IMG/VR virus record: IMGVR_UViG_3300005611_000128
Span: 1 to 32,330 of that record
DNA from: a virus
Lineage: Duplodnaviria; Caudoviricetes
DNA: 32,330 bases
Direction: 5' to 3' (one strand)
A program made the translations under genes and the position numbers. This document shows positions 1 through 10,079 of this stretch, piece by piece; position 1 is the stretch's first letter, and each line of letters starts with the position of its first letter. Below the pieces are notes generated by a model, which saw nothing but the letters and a program-made list of their open reading frames with translations, ran no database searches and was not told the DNA's origin.

Positions 1-2120
1 TTTGACTTTTCTAATAAATAAGTATCGATAAACTGTTGAGGGGCTAGATCAAAATATTTAGGCTTCCCATTCTCCATAACATAAGCAGGGTAAGTCTCAG
101 TTTGATATTTCAAGTACAGCCTATAAACCCCATTGATTGGGACAAAAGATGCTCTGTTCTTCAACTCTTGCTCAGTTACTTCTTTTTTTATTCCTGCCAA
201 CTGAATAATTTCATTGAACTTAAAAGCATCATCGATTGCGCCAGTATCAATAAGCATCTTCTTCGCCATCGAAAAATTAACCGAGCGATCCTTTAATGCA
301 CGCTTGATAATAGGGTGATCTTGCTCTCTCGGGATACTAACTCTGCCATTAACCCCAGGGACTATTGACCATTGTGTTTCAACAATGTTATTAAAAGCAC
401 TTTTAGCGAACTTGCCATTCTCTCTGTTTTTAGCGCCACCTCGGGCAGCTTCACCAACAGCTGAGCGTTGAGCTAATTTAAACAAAGAAGTTGAAGGTAA
501 GTCAAAAGGCAAGACATCACCTAACTGATTAAAGGTTTTATGGAAATCACGAAATTTTTTCTGCACATCAGATTTAATATCACGCTTAACATTGGGTTCC
601 AAGATAGAATCATCGGCGATTATATTCTTAATCAACTCATCAAAAACTGGTGGGTTATCAATATACTGTAACGCAATTACTACCGCTTGGTCTGGCTTCA
701 AATCAGAATCAATATCCTCAAGGCTTGACATAATTTCTCTACCTAATTGTTTAGTTGTTAACTGCCAAAGGTCTGCACCCTTTAATGAAGGGATTGTGCC
801 ACTGTATTGGTTTCTTAAATTCAAGGCATACTGTCTTAATCCTGCTGGATCAGTCAACCTTGACGTTATATCATTCCTAATAGAAGTAGATTCATCGGTT
901 CTCAATGGTGAGAAATGAGCAATATCAATCTTACCCCCAGATTTCTGGGCCATTAAATTAACTGCTTCTGCCTGCCTCCCTTCTGATTTCAAGATAGAAA
1001 CCATTGGATCACTAGAATAAAAATCTGCTGCGTGGAAAGTAAACTGTTCATCCAACTCAACCAAGCGCTCTGAAACTTTCTCTTTGCCAGCATCAAGCTT
1101 AGCCGCCAAATCAAAGTTACCACTATTACGAGCTTTAGATATCTGAATATCAAACTGAGACATCTCGGACTGAGCTTGATCGTCATTACCCTGCTTTGCT
1201 AATCCAACTATACGATTCGATATATTTGCAACAACAAGATCCTCCTCGAACTCGGCCCTTTCGCTTGTTGTAAGGTACCTAAATGCCGACATTTGGGCAA
1301 CGCCTGCCTCTGAACCCGAAATCTTTCCTTGCCCAAACAATTCAATTGCGGCCTTGAGATTCCCCTTCGCCTCATCCTTTGCGGCCTGGGTATAAGTTGT
1401 TAGGTACTGGCTCTTAACATTATTAAGCTTTGTACCATAATCAAGCATCTTGTCAGCATTTAATTTATAAAGCTCAGGTTGACCCACCACTGTCTTCAAT
1501 AAATCATCAACCGCTTCGGCAGCCTGCTTAGGAGTTAACTCCTTACGAGCAAGGCTCAAATCCAGTGCTGACATTCGAGAAAGTAGAGCAGCCTCGGTGT
1601 ACCTAGATTGAGTCGCAGGTAACAATTCATCTTTAATCCCAGCGCTAAACCCATCCTTGTTTAACTCTAATTTTTCCAGCTTACTTAATAAAACCAATTC
1701 ATCGCCGCCAGATGCTATTATTTCAGAAATGTCATTTCGCTCCATATCACCCCAATCCAACTTCTGCTTCTCTAGATGCTTTTGGGTCTGTAAAGTATCA
1801 GCCTTCGTTGTAAAGTCAGTCTTTAGCTTTGTTGAAGCTGCCGCAACCCTCTTCCTTACATTCTCATTAGTGATCGAATTTAAAGCCGCATTTTCTTGAT
1901 CTGCGATAAACTGCTCAGCGTCAGCAACTAACCTACCGTCATAACTATAATTCTCTGTCTTATCAAGGAGATAACGATTAGCCTGCTGCTCTAAATCAGA
2001 AGAAATTTTAATAGCAGTAAGAGTCTCCTCCTGTTGTTGAAGCACCTTGGCTTCTGCTAATTCATTCTTTGCGACATTTAAACTTACATCGCCCAATACG
2101 TCAAAAATATTACTAGACAT
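1..2120 (-). CDS. Large internal virion (ejection) protein, T7 gp15-like position; 3' end runs off the window
   Basis: Not in the ORF track. ATG at 2120 follows GGAGG, and the frame stays open to position 3 (MSSNIFDVLGDVSLNVAKNELAEAK...YLLEKS, >706 aa). The protein looks helical and follows the gp13/gp14-like genes. Confidence 0.75.
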   Translation of the reverse strand, partial: MSSNIFDVLGDVSLNVAKNELAEAKVLQQQEETLTAIKISSDLEQQANRYLLDKTENYSYDGRLVADAEQFIADQENAALNSITNENVRKRVAAASTKLKTDFTTKADTLQTQKHLEKQKLDWGDMERNDISEIIASGGDELVLLSKLEKLELNKDGFSAGIKDELLPATQSRYTEAALLSRMSALDLSLARKELTPKQAAEAVDDLLKTVVGQPELYKLNADKMLDYGTKLNNVKSQYLTTYTQAAKDEAKGNLKAAIELFGQGKISGSEAGVAQMSAFRYLTTSERAEFEEDLVVANISNRIVGLAKQGNDDQAQSEMSQFDIQISKARNSGNFDLAAKLDAGKEKVSERLVELDEQFTFHAADFYSSDPMVSILKSEGRQAEAVNLMAQKSGGKIDIAHFSPLRTDESTSIRNDITSRLTDPAGLRQYALNLRNQYSGTIPSLKGADLWQLTTKQLGREIMSSLEDIDSDLKPDQAVVIALQYIDNPPVFDELIKNIIADDSILEPNVKRDIKSDVQKKFRDFHKTFNQLGDVLPFDLPSTSLFKLAQRSAVGEAARGGAKNRENGKFAKSAFNNIVETQWSIVPGVNGRVSIPREQDHPIIKRALKDRSVNFSMAKKMLIDTGAIDDAFKFNEIIQLAGIKKEVTEQELKNRASFVPINGVYRLYLKYQTETYPAYVMENGKPKYFDLAPQQFIDTYLLEKS

Positions 2121-2634
2121 TAAATCCTCCTGAGCTAAGGTCTGGAGCCGATGGACCTGCTGTTTGAGGAGGCCCTAAAACTTCTGTATTATTAGCATCC
2201 GCTGTAGCCGCAGAAGTCTTACGAGCAGTAGATACAGCTTCCGCACCAGTTATAGCAGCCGTTAAGCCACCCTTAAGACCAGTCAAGAAAGCTGACTGAC
2301 TTTTCTGTTGACCAAGAACCCCTGTTTTTGTTTGCTCTACTCTTAGTTGATAATTCCTAGCTGCTCTCTGTAACTGCAAACCAAATGCTTGATCAAATGC
2401 TTGGTCTAGAACTGAACCTGATTGAGCGACACCACGAGCCGCTGCTGAAACTAAAGACTCACCAGTCTTAGCTCTAATCTCCCTAGCATACAAGATATCA
2501 TTAACTGCTATCTGCTCTTCTAATAACTTTTGATTAAACTCAGCCTGCTTGCGAGCGTTGATCGAATTGATAATCCCACCGATTACCTTCTGTCCTGCCG
2601 ATACTCCGGCTAATACTGCTGTTACTGCTACCAT
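2113..2634 (-). CDS. Internal virion protein B-like (T7 gp14 position)
   Basis: Ala/Gly-rich hydrophobic N-terminus, Gln-rich helix and an 'AAARGVAQSGS' motif; lies downstream of the nozzle and gp13-like gene. Confidence 0.65.
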   Translation of the reverse strand: MVAVTAVLAGVSAGQKVIGGIINSINARKQAEFNQKLLEEQIAVNDILYAREIRAKTGESLVSAAARGVAQSGSVLDQAFDQAFGLQLQRAARNYQLRVEQTKTGVLGQQKSQSAFLTGLKGGLTAAITGAEAVSTARKTSAATADANNTEVLGPPQTAGPSAPDLSSGGFNV

Positions 2635-2996
2635 GACCTTGTATATTTATTATAATCCATTTTCCGAATCTCGAAGGTAAATCCAAGCACCCTAAGCAAT
2701 CTTTTTGTCTTGGAATCATCTTTTTTTATCCATGCAACCAAATTATTGGGCAAAGCAAGCATTGCTTTCTTGATTACCCTAATAGAATAAGCCCTAAACC
2801 TAGCACTCAGTTCACCACGTTTCACTATTGAAACAGTATTGTCATCCGCAAAATGAGTAAGATAAATAACAGAACCAGTCTCCTCTATAGCAATAGTAGT
2901 ATTATCACCACGCTCACATCTTGCTATAAAATCCTTATCCCCTGAAGCTAATATCTCTTCCTGAGTTGCGAATCGCTTCTTAAATGTCGTACTCAT
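2628..2996 (-). CDS. Internal virion protein A-like (T7 gp13-like, GNAT-fold)
   Basis: C-terminal 'AWIKKDDSKTKRLLRVLGFTF' resembles the GNAT/gp13 motif; directly after the tail nozzle gene. Confidence 0.55.
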   Translation of the reverse strand: MSTTFKKRFATQEEILASGDKDFIARCERGDNTTIAIEETGSVIYLTHFADDNTVSIVKRGELSARFRAYSIRVIKKAMLALPNNLVAWIKKDDSKTKRLLRVLGFTFEIRKMDYNKYTRSW

Positions 2997-5349
2997 ATAT
3001 CAACGAATTGAGAGTTAAAGGCACACTCTCATCTTGTGTGATCTGTAATTGAATAAAGTTTTGACGACTACTACGAACATCCCAGCTCTTTTGACCAGAG
3101 AATGTAGCAGGCGGATCAGTCAAGTCAGACAAGCCCTCTCTAATCTTAACTTCTTCTGGGTCATAAATAGAACTCAACTCCTGAACCTGGAAATTTAAAG
3201 TCTTATAGAGGTCGAATATAACCTTCTTCAACTTACGCTTACGGTTACCATCAGTTAGATTACCCTGAACCGTATTAACCTTATTCAACTTAACCCTAAC
3301 AGTAAATGGAGTTCCAACCTCATAAATATTATCAGGAGTTACAGTAGTAGAACTAGCCTGATAAGTCCAGTTCTCATAGTTAGTATCATCAACTACTATC
3401 TCACCAGTACCAATCGTGTTCAAATCAATTGAAGCTCCTGCTGCATAAAGAGTGGCATAGTCCGTATAAAGCTCTTGTTCCACCTCATTAGAATAAGTAT
3501 GGTAGAAGTCAGTCGTCAAATAATTGTCAGCCCTTAAATTTAACTTAGTACGAGTATCACCCTCAAATGTACCGAAAGCACCAAGCTTAATAAGGGCTCC
3601 ATTTTGGTCTAATAAATAAACCTTCTCTGTACCATCAGACTGACGCAATACCGCAACGTCAAGTATTGAACCCCCAAACTCTAATTTACTTGGAGCATAA
3701 TTATTATCAATCTCATTGTTGGTAACACTAATAATAGTGCCGTCATCCATAATCGCCCACATCATAGTAAAAGGCTGACTCAATAATACGAGCCTACGGA
3801 TACGCTTAATAAACAACTGGTCATCAAAATTATTTGCCTTCTCAGCAGTATAAGCACTAGTCTGAAACTTAAAATTCATATTGTAGATATTCTGTCTTAA
3901 ATTATCTACAAAAAACAATGAGTTCATTGCAACAGGTTTGATCTTCGCCGCTCCGATTGTGTTCTGCTTGATTATAGAGACGGTGCTAGGAGCGATAGCA
4001 CCGAAAGCCGAAGAGCCCTGGATGGTAAACTGATTTGCATCAGTACCATTAAATAAAACTTTGTCGCCAAATAACCATGTTGGTTTTGATGCAATTGGAT
4101 CTGAACTTGTAACCGAAATACCAGCATCAGGACTCACTTGGTGAGCGCCAGTATCATCTGGCAAAGTAGGACTAAATTGGAATAATGACCCTGCAACCGT
4201 CTTCCATCTATCATTGTCTCTACCGAACCATAAAGAATCTTGGTGAACTCCAACCACCTCTGGATATTGACCCTCATACCAAGCTGATAATGCCCAACGA
4301 TAAGTTCTTGGAGCCCATGTTACAGGAGGTCCCGCAGTACTTATCGACTCACTTAACATTGGATACTCTTCACTCACAGTACCAACATAAACTGATTGAG
4401 TAGTTGTAATACTATCTATTGAAATAGTCGCATAAGCTTCCTCGGCGACTGGACTGCCGCCATCATCTGAATAAACACGGATATTCCTACCAACCCATGA
4501 GTCGTTAAACCAGGTCTTAGCCTTACCTTTCTTTGCTACAGCACGAATAGCACATGCGCCATAATGACCATCATCATCAGTTATATTACCTGACGCAATT
4601 GCGCTAACAGCGATCTTATGAGTCTGATCAGTATTCTCCTGCTCCCATGGACCATCTAAATTAGGATACACATGCCAACCCCAATCTCTAATAATCTCTA
4701 TGTTAGCCCCGTTCGCAGGGATAGAACCACCAGCAAAAGTTATTCTTACACCGATATACTGCCCATCAACTTGCTCAAATGACGTCAATGTATAATCAGT
4801 ACCACCACCAGTCTGCACCACATCATTAACCTCTACGGAAATATCAGCAGTGTCAGGCACCGGATAAGGGAAATCAAAAATAGTAGTAGCACCATCGCCA
4901 GTATAAGTCTGAGTGCGCTCCTTGATAAACATCTGAGGAGCATAATTCCTATGAGCGAAAAATATATAATCACGCACCTGGGCGTAATCTAAATCATGAA
5001 TATCTAAAGCACCATTAGTATAAGGATGAGCTAAAGTCTTAACTGCCACATCATTTTGATAAATATGCAAATCACCAGTGCCAGATTCATTTGGTTCAAA
5101 AACTAAAAGCGCACCGTTATTATCCGGGTCTTGAAACTCAATCATACGGCTAGTTTCATTAATGTCACCAGAGCCAGCAACTATTAACTCAGTCCCAGGT
5201 CTACGGATTAAAGAACCACCAGGTGTTGGAATTACATTCAATAACTCTTCTGCACCATTAACATACAAAGGGTGATCATAACGACCACGCATCCTAACAG
5301 GGGTTTGACCTGCTATAAAATTACTAGTAATACTCCCTTGCTCTGCCAA
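2980..5349 (-). CDS. Tail tubular protein B / nozzle (T7 gp12-like)
   Basis: 789 aa, TTG start. Motifs include 'NFIAGQ..RMRGRYD..Y.NG...LLNVIPTPGGSLIRRPGT', 'DLDYAQVRD', 'YPEVVGVHQDSLWFG' and C-terminal 'QDESVPLTLNSL'. Confidence 0.85.
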   Translation of the reverse strand: MAEQGSITSNFIAGQTPVRMRGRYDHPLYVNGAEELLNVIPTPGGSLIRRPGTELIVAGSGDINETSRMIEFQDPDNNGALLVFEPNESGTGDLHIYQNDVAVKTLAHPYTNGALDIHDLDYAQVRDYIFFAHRNYAPQMFIKERTQTYTGDGATTIFDFPYPVPDTADISVEVNDVVQTGGGTDYTLTSFEQVDGQYIGVRITFAGGSIPANGANIEIIRDWGWHVYPNLDGPWEQENTDQTHKIAVSAIASGNITDDDGHYGACAIRAVAKKGKAKTWFNDSWVGRNIRVYSDDGGSPVAEEAYATISIDSITTTQSVYVGTVSEEYPMLSESISTAGPPVTWAPRTYRWALSAWYEGQYPEVVGVHQDSLWFGRDNDRWKTVAGSLFQFSPTLPDDTGAHQVSPDAGISVTSSDPIASKPTWLFGDKVLFNGTDANQFTIQGSSAFGAIAPSTVSIIKQNTIGAAKIKPVAMNSLFFVDNLRQNIYNMNFKFQTSAYTAEKANNFDDQLFIKRIRRLVLLSQPFTMMWAIMDDGTIISVTNNEIDNNYAPSKLEFGGSILDVAVLRQSDGTEKVYLLDQNGALIKLGAFGTFEGDTRTKLNLRADNYLTTDFYHTYSNEVEQELYTDYATLYAAGASIDLNTIGTGEIVVDDTNYENWTYQASSTTVTPDNIYEVGTPFTVRVKLNKVNTVQGNLTDGNRKRKLKKVIFDLYKTLNFQVQELSSIYDPEEVKIREGLSDLTDPPATFSGQKSWDVRSSRQNFIQLQITQDESVPLTLNSLIYEYDI

Positions 5350-5350
5350 G

Positions 5351-5935
5351 CTACCACCTTTGATTTACAAACGAAGAACCAGATGTAATGTCATAACGAG
5401 CCCTTGTTCTACCAACAGACCTTGATGCCGCGATACCTTCTAACTTATCATTCCTCTTACTAAGAAAATCTTCCTTTTCGGTACTACCAGTAATCTCAGC
5501 TGCACAGAACTCCGCTAAAGTCATTGCAAGCAACTGAATAAAATGCTCATCAAACTTGGAATAATCCTCAAAATACTTAGTGTACTGAATATAAACAGGC
5601 GATGCATCAGTATACAAACCATCCGCTGTACGGATATACTCTACATTCTTCCTGTCACTATCAAAAACTTTCTGAAACTCTAAAAAATTATTTGGCAATT
5701 GATACAAATAAGCAAAACCACTTAAATTAGCAGCCGAAGATATTAAGTTTGGAGTCGCAAATGTTGTTGCGAAATCCCAGTTGCGTGCCTTTAAACATGT
5801 ATGTAACGCTAAATCATAAGCGTTATTCAACACCTTCACATTACGGGTGTCTGAAGAAAGTGCCACAATTGGCTCCTGCTCTAATTCAGCAAGAGCCAGA
5901 TTGTAGACTGTCAATTTAGAGATTGACGTTGCCAT
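5351..5935 (-). CDS. Tail tubular protein A / adaptor (T7 gp11-like)
   Basis: 'VYNLALAELEQEPI', 'WDFAT', 'YLYQLPNNFL' and 'F...LA..LA' motifs; between capsid and nozzle genes. Confidence 0.85.
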   Translation of the reverse strand: MATSISKLTVYNLALAELEQEPIVALSSDTRNVKVLNNAYDLALHTCLKARNWDFATTFATPNLISSAANLSGFAYLYQLPNNFLEFQKVFDSDRKNVEYIRTADGLYTDASPVYIQYTKYFEDYSKFDEHFIQLLAMTLAEFCAAEITGSTEKEDFLSKRNDKLEGIAASRSVGRTRARYDITSGSSFVNQRW

Positions 5936-5937
5936 TA

Positions 5938-6915
5938 CTAAGAAGCGTCAGTGATACCAGAACTAGTTCTGATCTCAACTACCTTTTTCTCCTCAACACG
6001 GACAGCACCAACTGATCCTTCAACGTGGATTGTTAGAGCCATGTTACGCTCAGGGTTAGGCGCAATCATGATTGAAGGCGCATCACCTTTAACAATACCA
6101 AGACCAGATGTTGTGTACATAAGACAACTTCTGTAGTGGTTTGAAGCACTTGCAGGGTCAGTCTCAGTCAAACTGTTATATCTTAGGAAGTCAATACCTA
6201 ACCAGTTACCAATGTAACCTGCTGGGTCGATACCTAAAGTATAAGGTCTGTTGTTGTTGAAGTCGGCAGATTTGAACTCATTAATACCATATAGATCAAT
6301 CTCTTCATCAGGACCAATAACACAATAAATGTTATCGCCAGGAGCGATTGCATGGTTTTGCTGAAGAACAGCTCTTCCCTTTAGGATCTTAGCTAATGTG
6401 AAACCTGAGTCAGTTCCCCAAGTACCTGTACCGTTACCAGCACCGATTGGGTCACCACTTACAAAGTTAACATCAACTGTTTGAGTTGCAGTTGTGAACG
6501 CTTGTGAACCAAACGCCGCTCCTACACCTGTTCCTGTTGTTGCTGCACCAAGTAGAGCAGTATTAATTGTACTGTCTATTTGACGTTTCCAAGCAGCTAC
6601 TGCATCCTTAACGTAAGCACTGTTTACGTCAATAAGCATACGCTTAGCATCACGCATATCAGCATAAAAGTTGATTACGTAATCTTGGAATTGTACCGCA
6701 CGTTTCTCATGCGTTACATCTGTAAAAGATGTTGCTAAGTTACTAGAAGTCTTCTGAGTCATTGATACTGAATCAATTCTCTCGAAAAACTTATAATCGC
6801 CCTTTGCTTCACCTTTCATACCAGTGTTTTCAAACACTGAATTTAATTGTTGAGACAATAAAGACACGTTGTCCGTGTACATATTGACCCATGCTTCATC
6901 TACTGAATAAGTCAT
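5938..6915 (-). CDS. Major capsid protein (BPP-1 Bbp17-like)
   Basis: 325 aa with 'YTDNVSLLSQQLNS', 'WLGIDFLRYNSL' and C-terminal 'GAVRVEEKKVVEI'; AGGAG RBS; follows the scaffold gene. Confidence 0.88.
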   Translation of the reverse strand: MTYSVDEAWVNMYTDNVSLLSQQLNSVFENTGMKGEAKGDYKFFERIDSVSMTQKTSSNLATSFTDVTHEKRAVQFQDYVINFYADMRDAKRMLIDVNSAYVKDAVAAWKRQIDSTINTALLGAATTGTGVGAAFGSQAFTTATQTVDVNFVSGDPIGAGNGTGTWGTDSGFTLAKILKGRAVLQQNHAIAPGDNIYCVIGPDEEIDLYGINEFKSADFNNNRPYTLGIDPAGYIGNWLGIDFLRYNSLTETDPASASNHYRSCLMYTTSGLGIVKGDAPSIMIAPNPERNMALTIHVEGSVGAVRVEEKKVVEIRTSSGITDAS

Positions 6916-7017
6916 TTTTCCGTTCTCCTATATAAACTACGACTGTCGAAGCTACCCACTATGTGGACTTCTAGAATAACGGAACTGTAAAAAGTCTCCC
7001 CGTATATTTACATTATA
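6916..7017 (-). promoter_or_regulatory. Putative capsid promoter (-10 TATAAT) and structured 5' leader
   Basis: TATAAT at 7017-7012 on the minus strand. The leader has TTCCGTT/AACGGAA and GAAGTCCAC-ATA-GTGGGTAGCTTC pairings. Confidence 0.45.
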
Positions 7018-7019
7018 CA

Positions 7020-7835
7020 CTAACTTTTTGCTTCTTCTTGAGCGGCATAATGCAAATCCTGCCACAGCTTTTGAGCTTCCTTCCTAGCCTGCTCAGGAAT
7101 ACTCCTGTCAGTACCCAACAACTTCTTCAAAAATTCTTGGTCACCCTTCAATGATTGAATCTGCTCAGCAGCAGTCTTAGCACTACGAGGGGGCTGCTTA
7201 TTACTTGGACCAGCCGGGTTATCACCCATCATCTTCCCTGATACTTGAGATAAGAATTCAAGGCCGTCAGCTGTAGACATCAACTCCTTCAAGCCATTCT
7301 TAACACCCTCACTCTCAACCTTATCAAGTAATGACTTGGCTAAATTCTCAGCCTCACCCAACTTATCACCAAACTTAACCTGCTTCTGCTTTAAATACTC
7401 TGCTGCCTGCTGCTCAGCCGCCGCCTTCTGCTTATCAACATCAGACTTCGTTAAATCAAGAAATGTTTTCAATACCTTCTCAGCCTGCTTATTAGTTAAA
7501 TTAGCCTCATGCAAACTCTTAGTCACAGGCTGCAATATATCCTCAGGTAACTCATACTCTGGTAAATTAAAATCATACTTGTCAGGAGACTCCGGCTTAC
7601 CAATCTTCTGATAAAACTTCTCCCAACCCTCTGCGTCATCATCCTTTGGCAAACGATTAGAAGGGTCGCCAATCATCTTCTGGGCATCAATAAAAGACTT
7701 CATCAAAGTCCTTACATTATTAATAGGCTCCAAAGCCTTACCTTGACCATCTGGTAATGACATCGCCTTCTCTTTAATTGAACCAAAGTCAAAATCTTTA
7801 GTCGCTTCCTCTATCTCTAACCATATTTCATCCAT
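7020..7835 (-). CDS. Capsid scaffolding/assembly protein
   Basis: Charged helical protein with 'AQKMIG..RLPKDDDAEGWEKFYQKIGKPESPDKY'; immediately upstream of the capsid gene. Confidence 0.8.
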   Translation of the reverse strand: MDEIWLEIEEATKDFDFGSIKEKAMSLPDGQGKALEPINNVRTLMKSFIDAQKMIGDPSNRLPKDDDAEGWEKFYQKIGKPESPDKYDFNLPEYELPEDILQPVTKSLHEANLTNKQAEKVLKTFLDLTKSDVDKQKAAAEQQAAEYLKQKQVKFGDKLGEAENLAKSLLDKVESEGVKNGLKELMSTADGLEFLSQVSGKMMGDNPAGPSNKQPPRSAKTAAEQIQSLKGDQEFLKKLLGTDRSIPEQARKEAQKLWQDLHYAAQEEAKS

Positions 7836-8139
7836 TTTTTTTCGCTCCTTGTTTCCTCATTAATGCAAATTGAGAATATTCCATCATCCCCAACATATGC
7901 AATAAAACTGACTTCTGGCCCTCATAAAAAGCCAAAGCCTCCGGCTTCAAATCGTTACTATAAGTAACCTTATCTAAACCACAAAACTCAAACAACTCAT
8001 GCAGAATAACCTCACCATCTGGTGTGTTAAACTGCGCCCTATAAGCATCCTGTATTAAAACCTGCTTTGCCCTATTAAATTCTTCCGGTTTTAAACTTCC
8101 GAGTCTCTCAACCCACCACTTTGCATTTGTTTGTATCAT
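7828..8139 (-). CDS. Bbp19-like small protein between portal and scaffold
   Basis: 'YRAQFNTPDGEVILHEL..FC' and 'AFYEGQKSVLLHM' motifs, in the conserved position. Confidence 0.7.
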   Translation of the reverse strand: MIQTNAKWWVERLGSLKPEEFNRAKQVLIQDAYRAQFNTPDGEVILHELFEFCGLDKVTYSNDLKPEALAFYEGQKSVLLHMLGMMEYSQFALMRKQGAKKNG

Positions 8140-9767
8140 ACACCTTGTGTTAATTGTAACGCTTGATTCAAATCTTTCAAGCCCCCAGCTGCATCTTTAA
8201 ATGATCCGGCATCAGCTTGATCCTGCTCTACTTGACGCTGCTCCGCTAACTGCTTCTTAACTACCTCTGGATCCTCTAATAAATTAGTATCCGCACCCGT
8301 AGCCTTGAACACATAAGGCGCAAGCTCTTCCTGCTTAATACCAGGAACCTGGACCGCTCCACTAGAAAACTGAGTTAAAATACCAGCCGCATTTTGTAAT
8401 GCTTGTAACCTAATACCCTGTTGAGCCTCATACATCGCAGTCGTAAACGCTACCTTTATCTCCTTTAAATCACTAGGAACGTCAATCTCACCAAAAGCAA
8501 TACCTGCCTCGTAAACAAACCTGATTATAGGCTCTACAAAATCTGTCTCCAAATTAGCAAATGGACCAGTAAACCTGCGCACACGATCTGTAAACCTAAT
8601 ATTACTCTCAGTTGCAGATTGCTCTGCATTCTTCCCATCCTCTAATAAATCATTGTAAAATGCCAATAAAATCTGATTGCGCTTACGATCCTGCATCTCA
8701 ACACCAATTGGTAAATTCTGAATCGTGTTCAATGGCTCCGGCTTAACAAACTGAGTACCAAACATCGCACGACTTAAATTAATATAGTTAATAGCAGCTG
8801 GGGATAAATCTAAATCATCTTCCATAATGTCATATGGCATTATCAACGGCGGAGTGATCATAACCTCAGCAGCAGCTAAATTCTTCTTCTCCATCAGATT
8901 CAAAGTTATAATATCCGGTAAAGCACGATGACCAGGTCCACGCCCATAATCCTCACCAGGACCCAATGTCCATGCAGGTGCCTGAAATGGCCAGTAGTCA
9001 AAACCTGACTCCTTCAATAACACCTTCTTATCATAGTCAAACCACAATGACGCATACTTCATCTCATTAGCGTTAAGAGTCTTAACCTTATAATCATCAC
9101 GCTCATAAACTACGTTGATAATCTTTGACTCCTCATTCGGATTAGTCTTAATCTTCTCATCTAATAAACGCCAGTACTGAGCATCTCCCTGACCACTAGA
9201 CTCTCCAGCAAACTCTCGCTTCAACTGAATAGGAGTCATGTAAACTTCACGGAAGAAATTTAATACCTCTCCATACTGATTACGCTGGAAATATACCTCC
9301 TGCTTAGGTAAAGCCGCAAACTTTACCAGCTTCTTCTTCATATCACGGTGCATCAAAAATGGTCCATCACCATAACCAACTACACTACGTAAAATGTTCC
9401 CAGACGCCTTCGCAAAACACGTATCAGGACGAGTTAAATGATCCGCTATCCAATTCTTCGCTCGCTTCAACGCATCAATATGCTGCTTACTCTTCGCCAA
9501 CTTTCCAGTAGGCACTAAATTAAACTTGTCCTCAATTGGACTTACCAACATTCCCAACAAAGAAGACGCTAAATCATCACACGCTCGCTCAGGTGTTCCA
9601 TCAAATAAATCAGTACGACTTACATTACCATCTCCCTCTCGACTCTGAAAAAACTTCGTTGATGACGGATTCAAATACTTATTCAAACGGTTAAACTGAT
9701 AATCATAATTCTGACGGACAGAAACTACATTATCAAAAATACTACACCACTCTAAAACTGCGTTCAT
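8136..9767 (-). CDS. Portal (head-to-tail connector) protein
   Basis: 543 aa with 'LFDGTPERACDDLASSL', 'GEDYGRGPG..ALPDI..LN' and 'SATE' motifs of T7/BPP-1-type portals. Confidence 0.92.
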   Translation of the reverse strand: MNAVLEWCSIFDNVVSVRQNYDYQFNRLNKYLNPSSTKFFQSREGDGNVSRTDLFDGTPERACDDLASSLLGMLVSPIEDKFNLVPTGKLAKSKQHIDALKRAKNWIADHLTRPDTCFAKASGNILRSVVGYGDGPFLMHRDMKKKLVKFAALPKQEVYFQRNQYGEVLNFFREVYMTPIQLKREFAGESSGQGDAQYWRLLDEKIKTNPNEESKIINVVYERDDYKVKTLNANEMKYASLWFDYDKKVLLKESGFDYWPFQAPAWTLGPGEDYGRGPGHRALPDIITLNLMEKKNLAAAEVMITPPLIMPYDIMEDDLDLSPAAINYINLSRAMFGTQFVKPEPLNTIQNLPIGVEMQDRKRNQILLAFYNDLLEDGKNAEQSATESNIRFTDRVRRFTGPFANLETDFVEPIIRFVYEAGIAFGEIDVPSDLKEIKVAFTTAMYEAQQGIRLQALQNAAGILTQFSSGAVQVPGIKQEELAPYVFKATGADTNLLEDPEVVKKQLAEQRQVEQDQADAGSFKDAAGGLKDLNQALQLTQGV

Positions 9768-10075
9768 CTAAACTTCACCCCAGGTACACCAATCGGTGGA
9801 CGCTCTATTGGACGAGCCCTACGAACAGACTTCTCAGACTCCAAAAACTCCTTACGCCTACGACTTCCCTCTTCTGCACTCAATAACTTTGATGCCTCAT
9901 TAATACTACCCTCAGGAGTTAACCTACTAGAAGACGTACGCTCACTTAACTCAGCAATACCTAATCGCTGACCTAAACGCACAACCAAATCTCGCTGGTC
10001 TTGACGTGCCTCACGCCGCACCGCCTTAGCAGTGACTTCCTCTGGCAACTCATTTGGAACTCCACTAGATACCAT
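9764..10075 (-). CDS. Hypothetical basic protein between terminase and portal
   Basis: 103-aa Arg-rich ORF with an ATGA overlap with the portal start. Confidence 0.6.
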   Translation of the reverse strand: MVSSGVPNELPEEVTAKAVRREARQDQRDLVVRLGQRLGIAELSERTSSSRLTPEGSINEASKLLSAEEGSRRRKEFLESEKSVRRARPIERPPIGVPGVKFR

Positions 10076-10079
10076 AACT

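Noticed and set aside
102-1899. Short track ORFs 102..296, 592..918, 989..1186 and 1657..1899
   Set aside because: Shadow frames of the long minus-strand ORF 2120->1.
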